DNA of 35,488 bases from Bacilli bacterium (GCA_045597865.1 JAZLKX010000048.1:1-35488); one strand, 5' to 3'. Counted from the first letter of the stretch, positions 27,346-35,213 are shown. The notes: generated by a model not told the origin, from the letters alone. Program-made: numbers and translations.

Positions 27346-28104
27346 CTATCCAAACATCGGGTGAGGTCTGCTATTGGCAATGACTGCATTCAGCCAGTCG
27401 TTATCCGTACCTTCACCTTTCTCTTCCTTGACACCAGTCTGTGTCTCTGTTGCTGGAAGACCATCAATGCCTTTCTTGAACTTCTCTTTGTCTTCCTCAA
27501 TCTTATCGTTACGACCTGCTGCACGTCCAGCTTCTTCCCACTGAACCTTGTGCTTGTCATAACAGAGACCCTTTGCAACAATCTCAAGAGTGTCCTTTGT
27601 CAGCATACCCTCAGAGATAGGCTTGACAACCTGCTCAACGAACTGGTTAATCAATTCCTCGCCTTCCTCCTTTGGAATGTTATTCTCCTTGAGGTATTCC
27701 TCAATGGCAACCTTACTCTGATTGAGATTCTCATTGAGCTTATTCATGCTCTGCTCTGCTGCCTCTACTCGTCTTGCTCCCTCTGCTTCCATATTAGCGT
27801 ATGCTATCTTATCTGTTTCTGGTAAATCCTCTGGGATATTCTTAGCTGCCTCACTGATTGAACCACCATTGCCTACCGTCTGTATGAACTTGGCAATATC
27901 AGGATCAGCCAATGCTGCCTGCTGAAGTCTCTCCCTCTCTACACGCGCTCCACTGGCATAGCTCTTCTCAGCATCGAAGTCTGCTCCTACCTTGTTATAG
28001 AGCTCATCCTCTGACAACTCATTTCCATACTTGGCTCTGATATTCTGCTCCCATAATGCCTTGCCTGTCAACGGTTGCTGTGTCTGTTCCTCATTATCTT
28101 CCAT
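27346..28104 (-). CDS. Putative capsid scaffolding protein (252 aa from MEDNEEQ)
   Basis: Acidic coiled coil; C-terminal EEAGRAAGRNDKI...DGLP; first gene of the head operon; start set downstream of the -7 box. Confidence 0.65.
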   Translation of the reverse strand: MEDNEEQTQQPLTGKALWEQNIRAKYGNELSEDELYNKVGADFDAEKSYASGARVERERLQQAALADPDIAKFIQTVGNGGSISEAAKNIPEDLPETDKIAYANMEAEGARRVEAAEQSMNKLNENLNQSKVAIEEYLKENNIPKEEGEELINQFVEQVVKPISEGMLTKDTLEIVAKGLCYDKHKVQWEEAGRAAGRNDKIEEDKEKFKKGIDGLPATETQTGVKEEKGEGTDNDWLNAVIANSRPHPMFG

Positions 28105-28124
28105 AACTATCTGTATTTGTGATA

Positions 28125-28153
28125 CAAAGATAATGTTTATTCGGACTAAATAC
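28125..28153 (-). promoter_or_regulatory. Head-operon promoter with adjacent operator
   Basis: TATCTTTG (-) at 28125-28132; TTATTCGGACTAAATAC at 28137-28153. Confidence 0.65.
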
Positions 28154-28485
28154 AAATAAAAAATAAAGAAAATTTATACAGTCCCCTAATTATATTATTA
28201 TTACTAAATATGATTGAGTATAACGAAAGATATATTTAGTAATAATATTATAATTTATATATGGCTAACTCCGCTACCGATAAATCGATAGCTCTATCAC
28301 TTCCATAAGTAAGAAATCATCGTCAAGATACAGACAAAACACTACACATAAAGGAAAGAGAAAAACATGAAAGTATGTTGAGGAAAAGAATGAAAGTATG
28401 CAAAAGAAAAAAAAGAGTTGCCGTGCCCCCTCGCCAGCCACCCAGTGGGGGGGGTGCTACCCCCTCTCTCTGTCTGTCGGTCGTG

Positions 28486-28516
28486 TCTGTCCTCGTCTGT
28501 TCTCTGTCCTCGTCTG
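28486..28516 (+). repeat. 14-bp direct repeat TCTGTCCTCGTCTG x2 next to G/C homopolymer runs
   Basis: Copies at 28486-28499 and 28503-28516; G8 at 28447-28454. Confidence 0.8.
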
Positions 28517-28852
28517 GCTGTCGCTGAAGTAGCACAAGATTATACAGCTATGTTTCTACTGTGAGAAGAAAGCAATGGTCTTTTCCCTCTCTTTCCCTAT
28601 TCCTTTTCCCCTCTTTCTTATCCCTGTTATCGCCGTGTAATATTACCTACACTTAATATATAATCGCACACGTGCACACATATACACGATATATGCAATA
28701 TATAGTGCATAATAAACTGTTTATAAATAAATCGATTACACACAACAAATATATATTGTGTGTAATAATTTGAAAACAAATATATTAGCCATTTGTTTCA
28801 ATTTAGTCTAAATAATAATAAAAGATTTAATGTAAATATTTATCGATTTTAT

Positions 28853-28883
28853 TTTGCAGATTAAAATAATCTCTTTAGCTTTG
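28853..28883 (+). promoter_or_regulatory. Consensus Bacteroidota sigma-A promoter for the small-gene (early) operon
   Basis: TTTG at 28853-28856, 19-bp spacer, TAGCTTTG at 28876-28883. Confidence 0.8.
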
Positions 28884-28952
28884 CATCGTGAACCAATTGA
28901 AACACCAATTGACGCATAGTAATTAAAGCAATTTATTAACAACTAAAATTTT

Positions 28953-29405
28953 ATGGTTATGAAAGCAACTGCGAAAAATTTGGCTCATGTGTTCAACATG
29001 ATGTTGAACGACTTTGGCAAGGATTCGAATTTCTCGCGATTGGCGCGGGCGGTTCGTCGTCAGATCGGAGATCTTGAAGAACTTCGCAATGTTAGAAGCG
29101 CAAGCGATGGCTATACAGGTTTTATCTACTATGGCGAGACTTGCAAATTCTATTGCAAGCATCGTAAGGTGATTACTTCATGTCTTGCTGAAGATTCGGT
29201 GGAGTTCGGGCATGATAGTCTATGCGGTCTTGTAATGTCTTTTAATTGTCTGAAAGACCGAGTTACAGAGGAAGAAGTTTGCAAAACTCTCTATGGCAAC
29301 AAGAGGCTACACGATGAATATGTAGCAAATGCGCTGGCATGGTCTGCCCTCGAAACAGTGGCGTTTCGTTTCTCTGACTATTGCGCTGAAAACATTGAAG
29401 ACTAA
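28953..29405 (+). CDS. Early phage protein (alternative start 28959)
   Basis: GFIYYGETCKFY...NALAWSALETVA motif, which I recall from first-expressed phage proteins. Confidence 0.75.
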   Translation: MVMKATAKNLAHVFNMMLNDFGKDSNFSRLARAVRRQIGDLEELRNVRSASDGYTGFIYYGETCKFYCKHRKVITSCLAEDSVEFGHDSLCGLVMSFNCLKDRVTEEEVCKTLYGNKRLHDEYVANALAWSALETVAFRFSDYCAENIED

Positions 29406-29418
29406 CTAATTAAACATT

Positions 29419-29461
29419 TGGGGTGAATGGTTTTTGGGCGGTTCGATTCCGCCCCACCTGA
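29419..29461 (+). ncRNA. Minimal T-loop / acceptor-like hairpin
   Basis: GGCGG-TTCGATT-CCGCC stacked on GGGTG/CACCT in an AT-rich intergenic gap. Confidence 0.45.
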
Positions 29462-29490
29462 CTAATTTAATAATTTAAAAATTCTCAGAT

Positions 29491-29682
29491 ATGGAAACAA
29501 TTAAAAAAATCTCTGTTGCAACACTTTTTGCCGTGTTCGCGGTTTGTTTTGTTGCCTTGCTTGGCATTGGTGGCATATATGGCGAAATGATAGCCTTTGC
29601 CCCTTTGTTTGTCAAATGGCTTGTTGTGGCTCTTGCTTCCGTTATGTTCGGTTGTTCTATCTTATTAGGTATTCACGACTAA
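29491..29682 (+). CDS. Small two-helix membrane protein (63 aa)
   Basis: Two hydrophobic segments; AT-rich leader. Confidence 0.7.
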   Translation: METIKKISVATLFAVFAVCFVALLGIGGIYGEMIAFAPLFVKWLVVALASVMFGCSILLGIHD

Positions 29683-29693
29683 ATTAAAGAGAT

Positions 29694-29954
29694 ATGGAAA
29701 TGATTTCTAACACTCGCACGGAGTTCGTGTTTCGTCTGTCTGACAATTGCTTTTTTAAAGCTTTTCTCTTTAGGGGCGAAGGCTGGAAGGGTTATGTTAA
29801 TAAACATCGCGTTATCGATGGCGTTGACCATGTTTTTGCCCTTCATCGTCTCGAATTGTTTGCCGACAACAAAAAGAACGCCTTACAATTCGTTCGCGAT
29901 CATGCAAGCGAACTAATAGACGAAGCAAACGAACTTGAAAGCAAACAGAACTAA
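29694..29954 (+). CDS. Hypothetical protein (86 aa)
   Basis: Tandem operon position. Confidence 0.7.
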   Translation: MEMISNTRTEFVFRLSDNCFFKAFLFRGEGWKGYVNKHRVIDGVDHVFALHRLELFADNKKNALQFVRDHASELIDEANELESKQN

Positions 29955-30000
29955 CAAGACGCATTTCTATTGATAAGTTTTTAAACAAATAAATACGACT

Positions 30001-30171
30001 ATGCAAAGATATATTTCATACTCTGAAATAGTGCAATTAGAAGCAGATTTCAATCGCCAGTGCGCCGATCGTTACATTGTATTCAGCGATGAAGAGATTG
30101 AGCAACAAGCACTATGTGATTTTATCGACCAATATATCAATGGCGATGATGAACCTTTTGTTAGAATTTAA
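30001..30171 (+). CDS. Small acidic protein (56 aa; not in ORF track)
   Basis: MQRYISYSEIVQLEADFNRQCADRYIVFSDEEIEQQALCDFIDQYINGDDEPFVRI*; fills the gap between its neighbours. Confidence 0.65.
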   Translation: MQRYISYSEIVQLEADFNRQCADRYIVFSDEEIEQQALCDFIDQYINGDDEPFVRI

Positions 30172-30183
30172 AATTTAATTGTT

Positions 30184-30414
30184 ATGAAGTATTATCAAAT
30201 TCTATTGCCGAACACACACAGGGAAAGTGACGGCAATTTCCCGTGGATCTCAACTTACTTTTACTGCGAAGATAGCAAGATGGTTGAAGTTATGACCGCC
30301 CTGGCTCATGCTTTAGGTGGCAGAGTTAAGCAGACTAAGAACTTCGAAGAGTGTATTTCTTATGAAGTTATCCTCAATCAACTAATGGAAATGTTTGGTT
30401 GGACTAAAATTTAA
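30184..30414 (+). CDS. Hypothetical protein (76 aa)
   Basis: Tandem operon position; AT-rich leader. Confidence 0.7.
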   Translation: MKYYQILLPNTHRESDGNFPWISTYFYCEDSKMVEVMTALAHALGGRVKQTKNFEECISYEVILNQLMEMFGWTKI

Positions 30415-30466
30415 TTATAAATTTGTTGGACTAAAAGATTATGAACAAAATAAAAGCGACAAGAAT

Positions 30467-30772
30467 ATGAAGAAAATTATAAATGGTCGTAAATACGACA
30501 CAGAAACAGCAACAGAAACAGGGGTAGAAAACACATACGCTTACCCATCGGATTTCAACTATGTACATGAAATTCTTTACAAGAAGAAAACGGGTGAATT
30601 TTTTATTCACGGTAAGGGTGGCGCAAATTCTGCATATCACGAGAGCGACGGAAGAAGCCAATGGGGTAGCGAAAAAATCGTTCCTATAAGCGACGGCGAA
30701 GCAATGACATTTGTTGAAAAATATGGCAGTGTTGAACAGTATGAAGAACTGTTTGGCGAAGTAGAAGAGTAA
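30467..30772 (+). CDS. Conserved phage hypothetical protein (101 aa from MKKIINGRKYDTETA)
   Basis: Recognisable widespread pattern KIINGRKYDTETA...EILYKKKTGEFFIHGKGG...YEELFGEVEE; start moved to the ATG at 30467. Confidence 0.8.
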   Translation: MKKIINGRKYDTETATETGVENTYAYPSDFNYVHEILYKKKTGEFFIHGKGGANSAYHESDGRSQWGSEKIVPISDGEAMTFVEKYGSVEQYEELFGEVEE

Positions 30773-30865
30773 ATAAACAGGGGTGGCGAAACCATCACGG
30801 CGTAACCACCCTTAATTAAATTATGAGATTAAATTAAAACAATGCAAATTTAATAATTTATTGAT

Positions 30866-31051
30866 ATGAAAATAGAGGAAACAGAAAATTGCATCTACGC
30901 TACAATGCAGTACGAAGAAGGTGAGTCGTATGTTGGCAAGCACTACGAGTATGAAGATTGTGACTTTACAATCGATGGTGTTAAGCATCACATTCTCGAT
31001 TGTCAAGTCAGCGAGAATGAAGAGAGTGTTACACTTATTCTTGTTAAGTGA
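30866..31051 (+). CDS. Small acidic protein (61 aa)
   Basis: Tandem operon position; Glu/Asp-rich. Confidence 0.65.
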   Translation: MKIEETENCIYATMQYEEGESYVGKHYEYEDCDFTIDGVKHHILDCQVSENEESVTLILVK

Positions 31052-31094
31052 ATGACCAACAAGGGCGAGCAATCGCCCACAAAACCAAAAATAT

Positions 31095-31403
31095 ATGAAA
31101 ACAATAGTAACATACTCCCCATCACTTGGTAATGAAGTAACAACGGACGTAACTTTTGACAATGTAGGTAAAACCAAAACTATATATAGCAGCGATGATA
31201 GATGGGTGCGTGCTACACTCGTAAGAGTCATCGAAGAATCAACTTCATTGCAAACAGGCAGTTGTATGGTGACATTGGAATACTCCAACGGTCGCAAATT
31301 TACCGATACGCACATAATTGCAAAAAAAAAGAAAGAGACAAAAACCGTTAATCTGCGATTGCCAGCAGAGCAGATGGAAGGAGAGTATAAATTAGACTTA
31401 TGA
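31095..31403 (+). CDS. Hypothetical protein (102 aa)
   Basis: ATGA overlap with the next ORF. Confidence 0.65.
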   Translation: MKTIVTYSPSLGNEVTTDVTFDNVGKTKTIYSSDDRWVRATLVRVIEESTSLQTGSCMVTLEYSNGRKFTDTHIIAKKKKETKTVNLRLPAEQMEGEYKLDL

Positions 31404-31612
31404 AAAATTTACGTGAATTGGCACAAGAGTATGCCGACAAAAATTTTCCGATCAGTGAAGACAGTACATACAATGTAGTAAAGAATGATGTAGCATTTCA
31501 TTCGTTTTCGGATGGATTTAATGAGGCTATGAGGATTCTTATGCAAATAGGAAGACAAAGGTCTTTGGATAAAAGAATAAATGAATTTAATTTCATTGAA
31601 GTGGAGGAATAA
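31400..31612 (+). CDS. Hypothetical protein (70 aa)
   Basis: ELAQEYA...SFSDGFNEA pattern common in phage accessory genes; coupled stop/start. Confidence 0.7.
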   Translation: MKNLRELAQEYADKNFPISEDSTYNVVKNDVAFHSFSDGFNEAMRILMQIGRQRSLDKRINEFNFIEVEE

Positions 31613-31968
31613 TGAATAAGTACACAATTTTATGCACACCCGAGCAGACTAAGAAAGCTCTTGAATTAGGTGCGCAGATAGCAATATATGGTAATGGAGA
31701 GATGTCGGCTGAAATAGCAAAGAAGTATAATTTTACTCCTATAAATGGAGTAACATACATAATCCCTACCGCTGAACAAATGATTGGATGGCTGGAAGAG
31801 CAAGGACTAACCTCGATTGAAATTACATTTTGTAAAGAATCAAAATGGATGTTTGAAATATTTGGTGAAATCTATGATTATGGTGCACCATACTTTTCTC
31901 GCAAAGAAGCTACACTCGCTGCCATTGATGCAGCTCTTGATTATTTACTTAAAGCAAAGGATGAATAG
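31612..31968 (+). CDS. Phage hypothetical protein (118 aa)
   Basis: CTPEQTKKALELGA...PTAEQMIGWL...SRKEATLAAIDAALDYL; coupled to the upstream stop. Confidence 0.75.
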   Translation: MNKYTILCTPEQTKKALELGAQIAIYGNGEMSAEIAKKYNFTPINGVTYIIPTAEQMIGWLEEQGLTSIEITFCKESKWMFEIFGEIYDYGAPYFSRKEATLAAIDAALDYLLKAKDE

Positions 31969-31970
31969 TT

Positions 31971-32165
31971 ATGAAAGCAAGTGAATTGATGCACGGAGAC
32001 CTTTTTAAGTATGGAGGTCATTTGTGCAAGTTCGATATTCGCTCAATGAATGCTGTCATTATGAGAGTAAGCGACAAAAGCGAATATCCTCCTTGTGCCG
32101 TTCTAAATGCAGAGCCAATTCCTCTCACAGAAGAGATTCTTAAGAAAAATGGGTGGACTGACTAA
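31971..32165 (+). CDS. Phage protein with EPIPLTEEIL motif (64 aa, possibly truncated)
   Basis: MKASELMHGD...EPIPLTEEILKKNGW, then a stop almost immediately; proteins I recall with this motif usually continue further. Confidence 0.6.
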   Translation: MKASELMHGDLFKYGGHLCKFDIRSMNAVIMRVSDKSEYPPCAVLNAEPIPLTEEILKKNGWTD

Positions 32166-32195
32166 ACTTGCAGACAATTTCAAAGTAGAATAGAT

Positions 32196-32414
32196 GTGAT
32201 AGTAGAATTAGATAGAGAGGATATTATTTCCTTGATGAAAGGAACTGAGCCAAATTACAATATAATGCATAAGATACCCGAAGATTTGGGGCGTTATGTC
32301 GGTGGCTTTGCTGATAGGTGGGAATGGGATATGATTATACCAACCCAATACTCCGATGAGGAGCTATATAACATTTATCTAATGTGCAAAGAGTCTTATA
32401 GTAATAAGAAATAA
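32196..32414 (+). CDS. Hypothetical protein (72 aa)
   Basis: Last clear ORF of the small-gene cluster. Confidence 0.65.
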   Translation: MIVELDREDIISLMKGTEPNYNIMHKIPEDLGRYVGGFADRWEWDMIIPTQYSDEELYNIYLMCKESYSNKK

Positions 32415-32527
32415 CTTCTTGCTGAATGGAAAGAAGAAATTGACGAAGAAGAACTTGAAAGGCTTGCTATTCAGTAACATTACAGATAAAATTCTGTCCA
32501 TTCTGCGGAAGAAAATTATAGACATGA

Positions 32528-32756
32528 TTTTGTCTCAATTTTGTCTCACGAAGTTATAGATAATTGATATAACTATCTATAATATAATACACTACAAATG
32601 TATATAAAAAAAGAGTATATTTATTAAACCTATATAATTGAGCCATATTTAGGTGCGTGGATAGAAGCGTAATTGATTGAATATCAGTTGCGCTTTTTAT
32701 TTTATATGTTTCTAAATTAGGCTGAATTTGTCTAACTTTTGTCTCAATTTTGTCCC
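32528..32756 (+). other. Putative attP with integrase arm-type repeats
   Basis: TTTTGTCTCA at 32528 and 32539; TTTGTCT/TTTGTCC at 32727, 32738 and 32749 (11-bp period); AT-rich core directly upstream of the integrase. Confidence 0.75.
32665..32703 (+). terminator. Terminator-like hairpin inside attP
   Basis: AAGCGTAATTGAT-TGAAT-ATCAGTTGCGCTT (two G-U pairs) followed by a T-rich run. Confidence 0.6.
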
Positions 32757-32763
32757 GTGTTTG

Positions 32764-32771
32764 TATCTTTG
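32764..32771 (+). promoter_or_regulatory. -7 box of the integrase promoter
   Basis: TATCTTTG 33 bp upstream of the ATG; a TTTG in the arm repeats could act as -33. Confidence 0.6.
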
Positions 32772-32804
32772 CATCCGAACTAACAAGACGCAAAACTTAC
32801 TATT

Positions 32805-33899
32805 ATGGCAAGAGATTCAAGACAGAGATTTGTTGTTAAGAATGATGCTGAAGTCGTTAAGATCCGCTTCAGAGAAAACCGCAATGGTGCATGGTCTATC
32901 TACTTCGATACTTATCTATCTGGCAAGAGAGTTAAGGAAAGCATAGGCAGAGAGTTGGTGGCAGAGAAAACTCCAATGGATCGAGCGCAGAACGAGAATA
33001 CCATGATGGCGGTAAGAGTATTGCGAGCTGAGAAGGTGAAGGAGATTGCAAGCAGAGGTATCATAGCTAACAATTCTGTCAAGTTGTATGACTTCGCGAA
33101 GGATAAGGTTCATGATATTGCATCGGGACGCGCCTTGATGAAGATGTTAGAGAAAAACAACATGAAGATGTCTGCCGTAAACGAACTTGCTATAACTAAG
33201 ATGTTTCATGCCGAGTTTGCTGAGACATACCGCAAGAAGTATATCGAGACTATCATAGCTGAACTTAATCTTATATTCAAGACTGCTATCAAGCAAGGTC
33301 TAATACTGACTAATCCGATAAACAGACAAGACATATTGAAACATTACGCGAAACAGAAAGAGGTCTGCTATCTGACAATAGACGAACTGAGAATGTTTGA
33401 GGAGGCATACATGAACGAGAAAAAACCGCACAAGAAGAGAGCCATGCACTTGTTTTTATTCTCTTGCTACACTGGCTTGAGAATATCGGATATCAGGTCA
33501 CTCAAGGTAAGCAATATCGTAACAGAAAACGGCAAGCCTATTGCCATCGACAAGATTATGGATAAGCCAGACACCAGGGTAGTCATACCACTGAGCAATA
33601 AGGCTATTGCATTGTTGCCAGACATATCGTCAATGGACAAAGATTCAAATGTGTTCTTTGTCAGTACCGCAACACAGAGTACAATCATCAATATAATCAG
33701 CAAGGAGCTGAATTTTGGCAAGCATATATCATTCCACGTTGCGAGACACACATTTGCCACGACCGCATTGACGTTAGGAGCAGACTTATATACAGTCTCT
33801 AAGCTATTAGGTCATGCAAGCATAGCAACGACACAGATATATGCCAAGATAGTTGATAGCAAGAAGAAATCTGCTATTGACCTTTTCGACAACTTGTGA
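32805..33899 (+). CDS. int: Tyrosine integrase (Bacteroidota type)
   Basis: N-terminal arm-binding domain (SIYFDTYLSGKRVKE); YTGLRISDI; SFHVARHTFAT; VSKLLGHASIATTQIYAK. Confidence 0.96.
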   Translation: MARDSRQRFVVKNDAEVVKIRFRENRNGAWSIYFDTYLSGKRVKESIGRELVAEKTPMDRAQNENTMMAVRVLRAEKVKEIASRGIIANNSVKLYDFAKDKVHDIASGRALMKMLEKNNMKMSAVNELAITKMFHAEFAETYRKKYIETIIAELNLIFKTAIKQGLILTNPINRQDILKHYAKQKEVCYLTIDELRMFEEAYMNEKKPHKKRAMHLFLFSCYTGLRISDIRSLKVSNIVTENGKPIAIDKIMDKPDTRVVIPLSNKAIALLPDISSMDKDSNVFFVSTATQSTIINIISKELNFGKHISFHVARHTFATTALTLGADLYTVSKLLGHASIATTQIYAKIVDSKKKSAIDLFDNL

Positions 33900-34239
33900 C
33901 GAATCCGAGAAGAATTGTCACGCCAATACAGAACATGATCATTCTCATAGGCTGGAGCAATTCACAGAAGCCTATACACCGCTGAGTATCGACGCATAGG
34001 CTTACGACATAGATGTATGTCACGCATAATCTGTGCCACAGACAGAATCCCATAGCATAACTAGCCAACATTAACATAATAAACGAACATAGACAACTAT
34101 CCGAGATATACTCGAAGTAGTCCGTGCAATATCCGAGATACAGAAGCAGACATCTTAGTGTCATTGCCACCGCTCCGAAGAAAGGAATATACTTAACGGA
34201 GTAGTGGCATATCTTGTGTGGTAATTGGGCATTTTTCAT
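33874..34239 (-). CDS. Cys-rich multi-pass membrane protein (121 aa)
   Basis: Three to four hydrophobic helices; KYIP...GFCLWHRL; overlaps the protease 3' end and the integrase 3' end. Confidence 0.65.
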   Translation of the reverse strand: MKNAQLPHKICHYSVKYIPFFGAVAMTLRCLLLYLGYCTDYFEYISDSCLCSFIMLMLASYAMGFCLWHRLCVTYIYVVSLCVDTQRCIGFCELLQPMRMIMFCIGVTILLGFVTSCRKGQ

Positions 34240-34624
34240 AGTCTATTATAAATTCAAAATACTCATCGCCATTGACGACGAACTTGCCTTTGGTTATTAT
34301 ATCCATACCTATCAGCACTTCCACCCACTCTGGCAAGGGCGTTATCGCAACCTCGACATCGAAAACCGCTTTGTCAAGACTAAGGTATATCCGAGCAAAA
34401 CCAACTTCGTGATTCCCGCTTGAGTTGGTCAAACAATCCATTCTCGATGCCCTTATTCCTAGCCTCAAGGCAGTCTCTACGCTTATCGCAGTATATGTAG
34501 ATCCTGTGTCGAAGAGAGCATGACTTATGGTTGGTACAGTAGTTGCACAAAGGGTCTTGATTACACAGCAAGGGGCGCAAGCGTACCTCTTCTCGTGCAA
34601 TTTTTCTTTCAAATGAACGCGCAT
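34193..34624 (-). CDS. Retropepsin-like (clan AA) aspartyl protease; 5' end uncertain
   Basis: ALFDTGSTYTAIS catalytic motif and VLIGMDII psi-loop motif. Confidence 0.85.
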   Translation of the reverse strand: MRVHLKEKLHEKRYACAPCCVIKTLCATTVPTISHALFDTGSTYTAISVETALRLGIRASRMDCLTNSSGNHEVGFARIYLSLDKAVFDVEVAITPLPEWVEVLIGMDIITKGKFVVNGDEYFEFIIDYEKCPITTQDMPLLR

Positions 34625-34667
34625 GTTCTTGACTTATTAGTAGCATATCTCCCTCCTTTGTTTTCGG

Positions 34668-34675
34668 CAAAGGTA
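34668..34675 (-). promoter_or_regulatory. -7 box upstream of the protease gene
   Basis: TACCTTTG on the minus strand in the gap between repressor and protease. Confidence 0.55.
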
Positions 34676-34685
34676 GGAATTATTC

Positions 34686-35120
34686 CTATGCGTTGTATGG
34701 CTTAATCGGATTACCTTCAGTAGCAACCATCATCTCACGCTCAGAATGCTTCACCTTGGCAAGCTCAATCTCAAGCTCTCTGATACGTCTGTCTCGTTGC
34801 TCCAGAAGATCCTCATAGATGCTGACGGAAGTATCACTTGCATTACCGCACGGAAAGGCTTGTTCAATCTTATTGACCACCTTGCCGAAGAAGCTAGTCG
34901 GCTTAATCATATCCCCCTCACCTCGCAATAGCCATTCGGCAGAGACATTTGGTAATCCAAGCGCGATTAATCTCAACGTGTCAACATTGAATGAGGTATC
35001 GCCCTTTAACTGCTTATAGAGTTTGCTTTGAGTATATCCTATCATAGATGCTAATTTATTAAGCGATATATTCTGCTGCTCAATAGCTTGTTCAACTCTC
35101 TGATTTACAAATCTTTCCAT
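34686..35120 (-). CDS. CI-like XRE HTH repressor without an S24 peptidase domain
   Basis: SLNKLASMIGYTQSKLYKQLKG HTH; VSAEWLLRGEGDM; C-terminal coiled coil; divergent from a small HTH gene. Confidence 0.85.
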   Translation of the reverse strand: MERFVNQRVEQAIEQQNISLNKLASMIGYTQSKLYKQLKGDTSFNVDTLRLIALGLPNVSAEWLLRGEGDMIKPTSFFGKVVNKIEQAFPCGNASDTSVSIYEDLLEQRDRRIRELEIELAKVKHSEREMMVATEGNPIKPYNA

Positions 35121-35181
35121 AATAAACTTTATTTAGATTGTTTATAAATAGATTATATAGATTAAATTTTAATCGAAATTA

Positions 35182-35213
35182 TTTGGTGATTAATCCGACA
35201 TAGAATAACTTTG
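35182..35213 (+). promoter_or_regulatory. Lytic (PR-like) promoter
   Basis: TTTG at 35182-35185, 20-bp spacer, TAACTTTG at 35206-35213. Confidence 0.75.

Noticed and set aside
28323-28535. 70-aa minus-strand ORF in the divergence region
   Set aside because: Low-complexity translation of repeats and homopolymer runs, with a poor start context.
30398-30436. GTTGGACTAAAA direct repeat (30398 and 30425)
   Set aside because: Only two 12-bp copies in AT-rich DNA; probably a local duplication or recombination scar with no supportable function.
31322-31330. A9 run as a phase-variation or slippage site
   Set aside because: It encodes a Lys run in an intact ORF that couples properly to the next gene; no alternative frame is evident.
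32528-32756. CRISPR mini-array or replication iterons
   Set aside because: Repeats are ~10 bp with an 11-bp period, no unique spacers, and sit next to an integrase, which fits arm-type sites better.
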